64,000 bases of DNA from positions 4,457 through 68,456 of the forward strand of contig MFUM01000004.1 of assembly GCA_001786955.1 (NCBI GenBank), in the 5' to 3' direction. Shown here one piece after another: positions 57,475 to 64,000 of this stretch. The notes under the pieces were generated by a model, which made no database searches, had not been told where the DNA came from, and saw only the letters and a program-made list of their open reading frames with translations. A program made the translations under genes and the position numbers. Position 1 is the first letter of the stretch. Each line of letters opens with the position of its first letter. The DNA comes from Candidatus Nomurabacteria bacterium RIFCSPHIGHO2_12_FULL_42_19 (GTDB taxonomy: Bacteria; Patescibacteriota; Minisyncoccia; Phycocordibacterales; UBA9973).

Positions 57475-58602
57475 TTATTGTAATTTTCGCAATGCCAAAC
57501 CCAAGGCAACCGCGAATTCAGGGCCCATAGTTTCAAGAACTTTTTCCAGAAACGCCGGCGCACTTACCTTGGAAAAAGGACGGCCAATTTCTATTTCCGC
57601 CCGGAAATTATTTACCGCCACCTCTTTCAGTCCTTTCAAAAGGGACCCGCCACCGGTAAATATTACCTTGCTGATAGTCCGATTATACTTCTTTTCGTAT
57701 CCCAACAACACATTATTAATCTCGGAAAAGATATAATCAATATGAACTTTAATAATATCAGCCAAGCTTTTTTCTGCCGGGTTTCCAAAAAGGCCGAATT
57801 CCTTCTTTATTTTTTCCGCTTCCGAAAAAGAAATGCTCAAAGACTTGGAAATGGAATTGGAAATGTCCGCTCCTCCCCTGTCTATCGTGTGATAACCCTT
57901 AACCATGCCGAATTCAACGATAGAAAGCTTGGTATGCGACGCGCCGAAATCTATCAGTAAAACCGGGGAAAGCTCGTGTTCAAAGTTTGCCCGGATGGAA
58001 GAAAATATTTCAATCTCAAAAAAAGAAGCCGAGAGACTGCACTGGGAAACAATTGAACGGTACTTGGCAACCGCATCGTTTTGCGTGGCGACGACCAGCA
58101 CGTTTATCTTGTCTGCCGGCTGGGGCGGCAAATCGGCATTGTTCGCTTCCTCAAAAGAAGCTTCTCTTTTCGGCAATATGAAATAATCAATGGAAACCTC
58201 GGTAATCGGCACCGGGATATATTTGCGGGCTTCGGTAGGAATAATCGCGGCTATTTCGGCGTCTTGTATCTGAGCCGGGAGCTCAATGGTAAAAATCAGG
58301 CTTGATTGAACCGGAATGGAAAGGGCTGGAGAGGCGCCGGTCACGCCGGATTGCTTGAGAACTTCCTGCAGAGCCAGCACGATTTTTTCAATGGGAAGAT
58401 TGGTAACGCGCCCTGCATCAAGATCGGCGTAAGGACCAAGCGCTATCGCTCCATAAGTTTCAAGTACTGCTTTGCCTCCTTTTCTTTTAATTTCAACCAC
58501 CTTAATCGCCGAAGAACCGATGTCAACACCAACAGCGCTGTTTCCATCGCTGCCCTGAAGCCTGCTGAAACTTGAAAAAAGATTTTTTAATAAATTATTC
58601 AT
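57475..58602 (-). CDS. pilM: Type IV pilus assembly protein PilM (actin-like ATPase)
   Basis: 375 aa. Contains VGVDIGSSAIKVVE and ...DFGASHTKLSIV. Confidence 0.85.
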   Translation of the reverse strand: MNNLLKNLFSSFSRLQGSDGNSAVGVDIGSSAIKVVEIKRKGGKAVLETYGAIALGPYADLDAGRVTNLPIEKIVLALQEVLKQSGVTGASPALSIPVQSSLIFTIELPAQIQDAEIAAIIPTEARKYIPVPITEVSIDYFILPKREASFEEANNADLPPQPADKINVLVVATQNDAVAKYRSIVSQCSLSASFFEIEIFSSIRANFEHELSPVLLIDFGASHTKLSIVEFGMVKGYHTIDRGGADISNSISKSLSISFSEAEKIKKEFGLFGNPAEKSLADIIKVHIDYIFSEINNVLLGYEKKYNRTISKVIFTGGGSLLKGLKEVAVNNFRAEIEIGRPFSKVSAPAFLEKVLETMGPEFAVALGLALRKLQ

Positions 58603-58641
58603 CCTTAATTTATGCTAAAATACCCCTTAAGTATAACATAT

Positions 58642-59292
58642 ATGAGTTTTTTAAACACCATATTAGGCATAGTTTTTCCCGTAAAATGCATATTGTGCGG
58701 CAAAACCGGGGTGGATTTATGCCTTGAATGCCTTAAAGACGCTCCGGCAGCCGAACGCGAGAGCGCAAGATGGATTTTCCCCCTTTATGATTATCGCCAC
58801 CCGGGCATCAAAAAGGCATTATGGTTCCTAAAATATAAAGGCAGGAAAAGATTGGCGGACGTTTTTGCGGAAATTATTTATGGCAGGATTTTGGAAGAAT
58901 TGTCCGATTTGTCCGTAATGGAAAACTTTAACAATGCTATTTTGGTCCCGATTCCCCTTTCGCCGAAAAGATACCGCGAACGGGGATTTAATCAGGCAGA
59001 ATTAATTTGCAAAAAGCTTATTGAGATAGATCAAGATGAAAATTTCAGATTGGAAGAAAATGTCTTGATAAAAATAAAAAATACCGAGCACCAGGTGCGT
59101 ATACAGGATCGGCGCGCCAGGTTAAAAAATCTAATTGGCTCGTTTGCGGTAAAAAATGAAGCATTGGTAAAAAATAAAAATATAATCCTGATAGACGATG
59201 TCACGACCACCGGCGCGACCTTAAACGAAGCGCGGAAAACTTTAAAGCAGGCGGGCGCACGAAAAATAATTGCTTTCACGATTGCGCATTAA
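58642..59292 (+). CDS. comFC: ComF-family phosphoribosyltransferase (competence protein ComFC)
   Basis: Zn-ribbon CILCGKTGVDLCLEC and PRTase motif ILIDDVTTTGATL. The ATG at 58642 is preferred over the ORF track's 58612. Confidence 0.85.
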   Translation: MSFLNTILGIVFPVKCILCGKTGVDLCLECLKDAPAAERESARWIFPLYDYRHPGIKKALWFLKYKGRKRLADVFAEIIYGRILEELSDLSVMENFNNAILVPIPLSPKRYRERGFNQAELICKKLIEIDQDENFRLEENVLIKIKNTEHQVRIQDRRARLKNLIGSFAVKNEALVKNKNIILIDDVTTTGATLNEARKTLKQAGARKIIAFTIAH

Positions 59293-59337
59293 GACATCTA
59301 TTTAAAAAATTTTATATTCTCATATTTTATTGCTATA

Positions 59338-60564
59338 ATGATTTTCATGAAACACTGCAAGGATTGCGAGCCGGCGCAGGAGAGCCATTTCGTGGCATAT
59401 ACTTCCGTTGTTCTGAGCTGGATAGACGAGCCGTTTTTCGACCTGATGGAAAGAATTTTCAAAAATATCGCCGAGACGTTGGCGGATGAAATTACCCTGC
59501 CTTTTTTTAAATTAATGGTTTTTTTAAAGCTCGGGCATTGGAGCGACAAGCCTGACGGCAAAGATACTTGGCGCACGAAGTGCTTCTGGGAAGAAGCGGA
59601 ACGGCGCGGGATAAAGATGCGCGAATTCCATTTGGGCCCTATTAAAGACGCTTTCATCGCGGAATATAAAGGCCCGCCTTCGCTAAAGCTTCGGCGGACA
59701 AGCAAAACAATACTCTTTGACGGTCTGCCCCGCCCCGGTTTTAAAGAATCCCCGGCGCTCAAATGGATGGACAATAAAGGCATAATGAAAGTAAAATTCC
59801 TGAAAGAAGGCTTGCCAATCGCGAATGGCGGAGTGGCTTTTACTAAAAGAGGCGCATTAAAAATTTTTAATAGCATAGCAAAACCGGTTATCACTAAGCC
59901 GAATCTAGGTTCCAGGAGCCGACACACGATGATACACATAAATACCGGAGAAGGCCTGATTGCCGGCTTTAAAAAAGCGAAAAAGTTGTCTCCGCTTGTC
60001 GTGATTGAAGAAGAATTGCGCGGATATTTATTCAGAGGCACTTTAATCGGCGGGAAATTAGCCGGAGTGGTCCGGCGCGACCAACCGGAAGTCACCGGCG
60101 ATGGCATGCATACTTTGAAGGAATTAATGGAAGAAGAAAATAAAAGACCGGAACGCAACGGCCCGATTTTTCATAAAATAATCGTGGATAAAGAAATGGA
60201 AATAGAATTAAAAAGAGAAAATATAACCATGGATGATGTTCCGGAAACGGGAAAAGTCGTGACTTTTTCCCAAAAGACAAGCCGGAGCTGCGGCGGGACC
60301 ACGACTGAAGTTACGGACATTGTGCATCTCGAGAATGTGGAAATGCTGGAGCATGTTGCCAGATTTTTGGACGACCCGCTCATCGGTGTAGATTTTATAA
60401 TTGAAGATATTACCAAGTCGTGGAAAGAAGAACAGCATTGCGGAATAATTGAATGCAACAGCTTGCCTTTCATAGATTTGCACCACTATCCTCTTTTTGG
60501 GAAACCGAACAATGTCGCCGGCAAGCTTTGGGATTTGGTATTGCCGGAATCAAAAATAGATTAA
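59338..60564 (+). CDS. ATP-grasp domain ligase (cyanophycin synthetase / RimK-like fold)
   Basis: 408 aa. KPNLGSRSRHTMIHI...VVIEEELRGYLFRGTLIGGKLAGVVRRDQPEVTGDGMHTLKELMEEEN matches the CphA-type ATP-grasp pattern KPxxGxxGxG...VIvEqyIxGxdyRvlVvggklVAvaeRvPahVvGDGrhTIaeLI. Confidence 0.55.
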   Translation: MIFMKHCKDCEPAQESHFVAYTSVVLSWIDEPFFDLMERIFKNIAETLADEITLPFFKLMVFLKLGHWSDKPDGKDTWRTKCFWEEAERRGIKMREFHLGPIKDAFIAEYKGPPSLKLRRTSKTILFDGLPRPGFKESPALKWMDNKGIMKVKFLKEGLPIANGGVAFTKRGALKIFNSIAKPVITKPNLGSRSRHTMIHINTGEGLIAGFKKAKKLSPLVVIEEELRGYLFRGTLIGGKLAGVVRRDQPEVTGDGMHTLKELMEEENKRPERNGPIFHKIIVDKEMEIELKRENITMDDVPETGKVVTFSQKTSRSCGGTTTEVTDIVHLENVEMLEHVARFLDDPLIGVDFIIEDITKSWKEEQHCGIIECNSLPFIDLHHYPLFGKPNNVAGKLWDLVLPESKID

Positions 60565-61064
60565 ATTCGTTTTAGTGTTTCTATGGAAATCTCTGATTTA
60601 GGGTCAAAAGCGTCTGGATCCATTTTAAGATGCGATACATATTTTCTCTCAACAGCAAATTCGCCTAAGAATTTTAAAAAATCTTCTTTGGTTTCCCTCT
60701 CTCCTTTTTCCTCCAGGTGTTCAAGAGGATGCGCTTCCGGGGTAAATTCAAAATGCCCGCATATTTCTCCGTCTTTATAAACTCGTAAATGATACTGGTC
60801 TTGGAAATCCGTTAATTTCCTCCAGCTCAAAACTTGGTCCTCATCCACCCAAGCGATAAAGTGATTGCCGAAACCCCATTCATCGTGGAGATGCTGTTTA
60901 AGCCCTTCCAGAGTCTTTCCGGGCGTCAACCAGCCAATATGGTATTTTTGCCTGCCTTTCTTGTGCCAAATAAGACCGGCTTTTAAAAGAATTTTGCGAA
61001 AGGGCAGGAAAAAACTATATATAAAATCCCAAATTTTTTGCTTTAGTTTGTCTTCCGGAGTCAT
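60561..61064 (-). CDS. Hypothetical protein
   Basis: 167 aa ORF only (HFIAWVDEDQVLSWRKL and a C-terminal acidic region). Confidence 0.4.
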   Translation of the reverse strand: MTPEDKLKQKIWDFIYSFFLPFRKILLKAGLIWHKKGRQKYHIGWLTPGKTLEGLKQHLHDEWGFGNHFIAWVDEDQVLSWRKLTDFQDQYHLRVYKDGEICGHFEFTPEAHPLEHLEEKGERETKEDFLKFLGEFAVERKYVSHLKMDPDAFDPKSEISIETLKRI

Positions 61065-61085
61065 AAAAACAATATAGCACGAAAA

Positions 61086-61487
61086 CTATTCGGTAGTCAC
61101 CCCGTCAAATTCCGGGCTATCGGCTTCTGCTTCGGCGCGAGTCGCCCGCATTACGCCGTCCTTGTGGTGCGCCGGGGAATAAATCGTGTAAAGTTTCAAG
61201 GCTTCGGTCTGTGAAATATTAACTACATTATGCTCCGCGCCAGCCGGCACGATGACCGCATCGCCGTCACCGACCGCGTATTCATTGCCGTCGATAAATA
61301 CCTTTCCTTCTCCTTTTTCAAAGCGGAAAAATTGGTCGTTGTCTTTGTGAATTTCAAGGCCGATTTCTTCGCCGGGCTTGAGGGCCATCAGCACAAGTTG
61401 GTTGTGCGCTCCGGTATATAAAACTTTCCGAAAATTATTATTTTCAAGAGTCAGTTTTTCTATATTATTTTTATATCCTTTTTTCAT
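61086..61487 (-). CDS. Cupin-domain protein
   Basis: 133 aa. ALKPGEEIGLEIHKDNDQFFRFEKGEGKVFIDGNEYAVGDGDAVIVPAGAEHNV matches the cupin two-motif pattern. Confidence 0.7.
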   Translation of the reverse strand: MKKGYKNNIEKLTLENNNFRKVLYTGAHNQLVLMALKPGEEIGLEIHKDNDQFFRFEKGEGKVFIDGNEYAVGDGDAVIVPAGAEHNVVNISQTEALKLYTIYSPAHHKDGVMRATRAEAEADSPEFDGVTTE

Positions 61488-61553
61488 AAATATATTATAT
61501 CACTTTTTTAATTTTGGGCGGGACACTCGGATCGGCATGGCAGTCTGTTTATT

Positions 61554-62120
61554 TTAAAGATTTTTGCTCAACTGTTCTACAACCTTCCCTAACTCAATCC
61601 AAGATGTTTTACGCCCTCCGTTTTGTTCCAGCCAGGAGCTTTCCAAATCAATAAGTCGAACACTGTTTTTGCTTCCAAGAGATTTTTCAGGAACTACATA
61701 GAATAACCACTGTAAGGGATTTCGCTGATCACACGTTTTGTTGAAAATTCCATGCCACGCGAATATAAATAATTCGCAGAATCTTCCTTGTTCCTCAATC
61801 TGTTCATCTAGGTGATCTCGTTTAAAATAAGACGGTTTGTTTTTTATTTGTGTAGAAAAAGCGTGAATAGCTTTACTACGGGGCGTCCATAATTGTTTTG
61901 CCGCAGATTGTTTAAGCTGTATGCGAATCCGCTTTATTCCGTTGCCTTTCTGAAAATCCCACGGATGCCAACCTGCAGCCACCCACTCCCATGCAGGATC
62001 GGTGATGAAAAGTGCTTGCCATACCATAGCTTCTGCGTAACTGCCTCGCTCACGATTATCCATAATTTTTTGATTATAGAGATGGTCAATAAGTCTTTTT
62101 ATGATTTCTTTATTGGACAT
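61554..62120 (-). CDS. Hypothetical protein (Trp-rich)
   Basis: 188 aa ORF only. Confidence 0.35.
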   Translation of the reverse strand: MSNKEIIKRLIDHLYNQKIMDNRERGSYAEAMVWQALFITDPAWEWVAAGWHPWDFQKGNGIKRIRIQLKQSAAKQLWTPRSKAIHAFSTQIKNKPSYFKRDHLDEQIEEQGRFCELFIFAWHGIFNKTCDQRNPLQWLFYVVPEKSLGSKNSVRLIDLESSWLEQNGGRKTSWIELGKVVEQLSKNL

Positions 62121-62148
62121 GTTTGGTTTAAGATTAAGGCAGCGGAGT

Positions 62149-62391
62149 CTACCGATAATAAATTAAATGCTTTTTTAAAAACGCTCGACCGGAGCCAGAT
62201 TTTAAATATTTTTCAAAATTAAAAGCCTTGTATTTGTCTTTTGTTGCAAAGTAAAAATCTAATTCCACTGGCAAACGAGTCGAGGTAGCGGGCACGTTAC
62301 CTTTTTTGTGTCTACTCAATCTGTCTTTCAAATTGTCAGTACAACCAATATAAAAACCATCTTTACATTTTAAACTGTACACATAATACAT
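62149..62391 (-). CDS. Small GIY-YIG nuclease-domain protein (UPF0213-like)
   Basis: 80 aa. YYVYSLKCKDGFYIGCTDNLKDRLSRHKKG is the GIY-YIG motif. Confidence 0.8.
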   Translation of the reverse strand: MYYVYSLKCKDGFYIGCTDNLKDRLSRHKKGNVPATSTRLPVELDFYFATKDKYKAFNFEKYLKSGSGRAFLKKHLIYYR

Positions 62392-62474
62392 TGATAAAGT
62401 ATAACAGCGAAGGTCGCCTTCGCAAATCTCCTGGCGGATTTCATCACGCCGAAGGTTTGCTACTGCGAACCGAA

Positions 62475-62562
62475 GGCGGATGAGGTGGGATTCGAACCCA
62501 CGGTCCTTTTAAGGGGACGGCGGTTTAGTAAACCGCTACCTTAAACCACTCGGTCACTCATC
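62475..62562 (-). tRNA. tRNA-Ser-like, type II (long variable arm); the anticodon loop reads TTACTAA, giving an apparent ACU anticodon
   Basis: Minus strand. Acceptor GGATGAG/CTCATCC. D-arm ACCGAGTGGTTTAAGGT. Anticodon stem GCGGT/ACCGC. Variable stem GTCC/GGAC. T-arm GTGGG-TTCGAAT-CCCAC. G73. The anticodon call is uncertain. Confidence 0.7.
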
Positions 62563-62628
62563 CAATTTTTTATAATAACATAAGGGAGTATAGCAAAAAA
62601 AATGGAAAAATAGCATTAATATGCTAGA

Positions 62629-62660
62629 GTAATTACGTAATTGATTACGTAATTAATTAC
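62629..62660. repeat. Tandem palindromic sites AATTACGTAATT (x2, the second copy partial) upstream of tRNA-Ser(GCU)
   Basis: Seen directly: GTAATTACGTAATTGATTACGTAATTAATTAC. Confidence 0.5.
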
Positions 62661-62800
62661 ATAAAGGAGCCGTGTCTATGAAATATAAACTGCTTTATAT
62701 TTCATCTGTTTCGCCAAAGCGAATAGGATTATGCGCCAAAGGCGCAATCCTAAGGGAAGAGCCCGAGAGGGCGCGAAGACACGTGACTGAACGAAGTAAA

Positions 62801-62889
62801 GGAGCCGTGTCTGAGCGGTCTAAGGTACATCTTTGCTAAAGATGCAGGGGCTTTATACCCCCTCGCGAGTTCGAATCTCGCCGGCTCCG
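62801..62889 (+). tRNA. tRNA-Ser (anticodon GCT), type II
   Basis: Acceptor GGAGCCG/CGGCTCC. Anticodon stem CATCT/AGATG with loop TTGCTAA. T-arm GCGAG-TTCGAAT-CTCGC. G73. Confidence 0.85.
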
Positions 62890-62907
62890 CATTGGGAAAA
62901 TAAAATT

Positions 62908-63273
62908 TTAGGCTCTTTTCTTTTTTAAACTTTTAACTGCTTTGTTTGTAATTCCTTTCCACTCGCTTTTTAATTTTTTGGCTAGAGCTTTGATGTCTTT
63001 CTCATGTAATTTATACTGCTTGGCATAATTTTCGGTTACAACATCTACCGCTTTGTGATAAACAGGAGCGCTGACTTTTTTAGCCTTTTTAACTTCACTT
63101 ATTACCTCTTTCTTTATTTTATCCATCAAGACTTTCGCTTTCTTTTGATGCGCCTTAGCCTTAGGACCAAATAAATAATACGCTCCGGCACCAAGCGCCG
63201 CTACTCCCGCTCCCACTGCCGCCATTTCACCCCCCGACATCCCCTTTTTTTTATTTGTATTATTTTTTTTCAT
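62908..63273 (-). CDS. Hypothetical Lys/Ala-rich protein with a Gly/Ala-rich TM-like segment
   Basis: 121 aa ORF, preceded by the conserved start-proximal element. Confidence 0.5.
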   Translation of the reverse strand: MKKNNTNKKKGMSGGEMAAVGAGVAALGAGAYYLFGPKAKAHQKKAKVLMDKIKKEVISEVKKAKKVSAPVYHKAVDVVTENYAKQYKLHEKDIKALAKKLKSEWKGITNKAVKSLKKKRA

Positions 63274-63330
63274 TTGATTTGATTTTGCGAAATCATGCCG
63301 CGCAACCGTCCGTTTTAGCGTAGCGTTAAT
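63271..63330 (-). promoter_or_regulatory. Conserved start-proximal element, instance 3 (palindrome GATTTCGCAAAATC 7 nt before the ATG; upstream hairpin degenerate)
   Basis: Minus sense reads TTGCGCGGCATGATTTCGCAAAATCAAATCAA-ATG. Confidence 0.5.
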
Positions 63331-63335
63331 AATTT

Positions 63336-63587
63336 TTAATCTTTTCGACTTTTTCTCTTTTTTCTAAAAAGAAAATTGAACACCGCGCTGTCCCTCACGT
63401 CTTCCAGCAATTCTTTCGTCGTATCACCCACATTGTCTATATTTTTTTCTATCTTGTCCATAATCCTTGAAAATGTGTTGGTGGCGCGGATAAGGTAAAA
63501 TAAAAATATCGCCGTTAAAATCCACAGCATAACAAAGCCGACGGATGATATAAAAAAGAAAACTTGTGATTGTAAAACGAGATCCAT
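63336..63587 (-). CDS. Hypothetical small membrane protein
   Basis: 83 aa with one TM helix. Confidence 0.4.
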   Translation of the reverse strand: MDLVLQSQVFFFISSVGFVMLWILTAIFLFYLIRATNTFSRIMDKIEKNIDNVGDTTKELLEDVRDSAVFNFLFRKKRKSRKD

Positions 63588-63624
63588 AACTGCATTATAG
63601 TATATTTAGTTATATAATTCAAAC

Positions 63625-64000
63625 ATGGAATTGAGCAACCAGTTAGAAATAAAATTCCGCCTGGATATAAATCAAAAGAAAGCTCTGCGTCGGCTGAAGA
63701 TTTTCTCGGTAGCCGATTTGCTGTTTCATTTCCCTGTCCGTTATAGCGATATCAGCGAAGTAAAAAAAATCGCGGAACTGATTCCGGGAGACATAGCAAC
63801 GGTATACGGTAAAGTTTCAAAACTGAAAACCAAAAAAGCTTTCCGCTCAAGAATACCGATGGCTGAGGGAGAGATTGAGGATTTGTCCGGAAAAATAAAA
63901 ATCATCTGGTTCAACCAGGCCTACCTCGCCAAGATGATTAAAAATGGCGAAAATGTAAAATTAACCGGAAAAATAACATTGGGGAAAAAAGGCATCTACC
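63625..64000 (+). CDS. recG: ATP-dependent DNA helicase RecG, N-terminal part (partial; continues beyond the window)
   Basis: ALRRLKIFSVADLLFHFPVRYSD is the conserved RecG N-terminal wedge region. The ORF is open to the window end. Confidence 0.75.
   Translation, partial: MELSNQLEIKFRLDINQKKALRRLKIFSVADLLFHFPVRYSDISEVKKIAELIPGDIATVYGKVSKLKTKKAFRSRIPMAEGEIEDLSGKIKIIWFNQAYLAKMIKNGENVKLTGKITLGKKGIY

Noticed and set aside
62392-62475. Repeated CGAAGG / CCTTCG motifs, considered as a possible CRISPR-like array
   Set aside because: There are only three short, irregular copies forming ordinary hairpins downstream of a tRNA. No regular repeat-spacer structure exists.
62678-62840. 53-aa ORF (MKYKLLYISSVSPK...) starting right after the duplicated tRNA 5' end and running into tRNA-Ser(GCU)
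   Set aside because: It reads through a tRNA gene, and its apparent SD is the tRNA GGAG 5' end. It is more likely non-coding insertion DNA.

Overview
This 64 kb window is low-GC bacterial sequence. Traits typical of Candidate Phyla Radiation / Patescibacteria genomes point that way, but I cannot verify the lineage from sequence alone. Those traits are small or domain-fused proteins, shortened aminoacyl-tRNA synthetases, promoters abutting the ATG (leaderless or short-leader mRNAs), and a complete type IV pilus cluster with no secretin. Long intact ORFs (rpoC 1202 aa, rpoB 1060 aa) indicate the standard code. The gene content is mostly housekeeping. It includes a partial glnA, an RNase P RNA with a consensus promoter, speA-like, tgt, mreBC, proS, rpsB-tsf, tRNA-Thr, and a GT2 glycosyltransferase. 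It also includes a DUF378/DsbA divergent pair, rpoD-dnaG, a MazF-like gene followed by rpoC-rpoB, trmD, a KH-domain protein, rpsP, rnr, and a PBP-CapA fusion. Further on are smc-rnc-nusB(NUDIX), rpmF, thrS, an HTH-Doc cassette, gyrB, pheST, a UvrD-like helicase-nuclease, tRNA-Ser genes, ligA, a 16-gene pil cluster, comFC, an ATP-grasp protein, a small island of unknown function, and the start of recG. Four things stand out. (1) Several families of GC-rich palindromic or hairpin elements are inserted in-frame in essential genes (ligA x2, pheS, pheT x2, rnr, smc, gyrB, dnaG, tsf, thrS, nusB, pilD, KH), plus one intergenic copy. The pattern resembles Rickettsia palindromic elements. One identical 32-mer is shared between rnr and pheS, and covariation preserves a stem between the two ligA copies. 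(2) A conserved two-hairpin element sits directly against the start codon of four unrelated genes (glnA, tgt, dsbA-like, a Lys-rich ORF). Compensatory substitutions keep a 14-nt palindrome intact. (3) An HTH-Doc toxin cassette is inserted at the 3' end of gyrB and flanked by a duplicated, synonymously recoded copy of the last 10 gyrB codons. (4) A MazF-like toxin with no visible antitoxin lies directly downstream of rpoC, with a candidate convergent small RNA. All calls come from reading the sequence and the ORF translations. No database search was possible.
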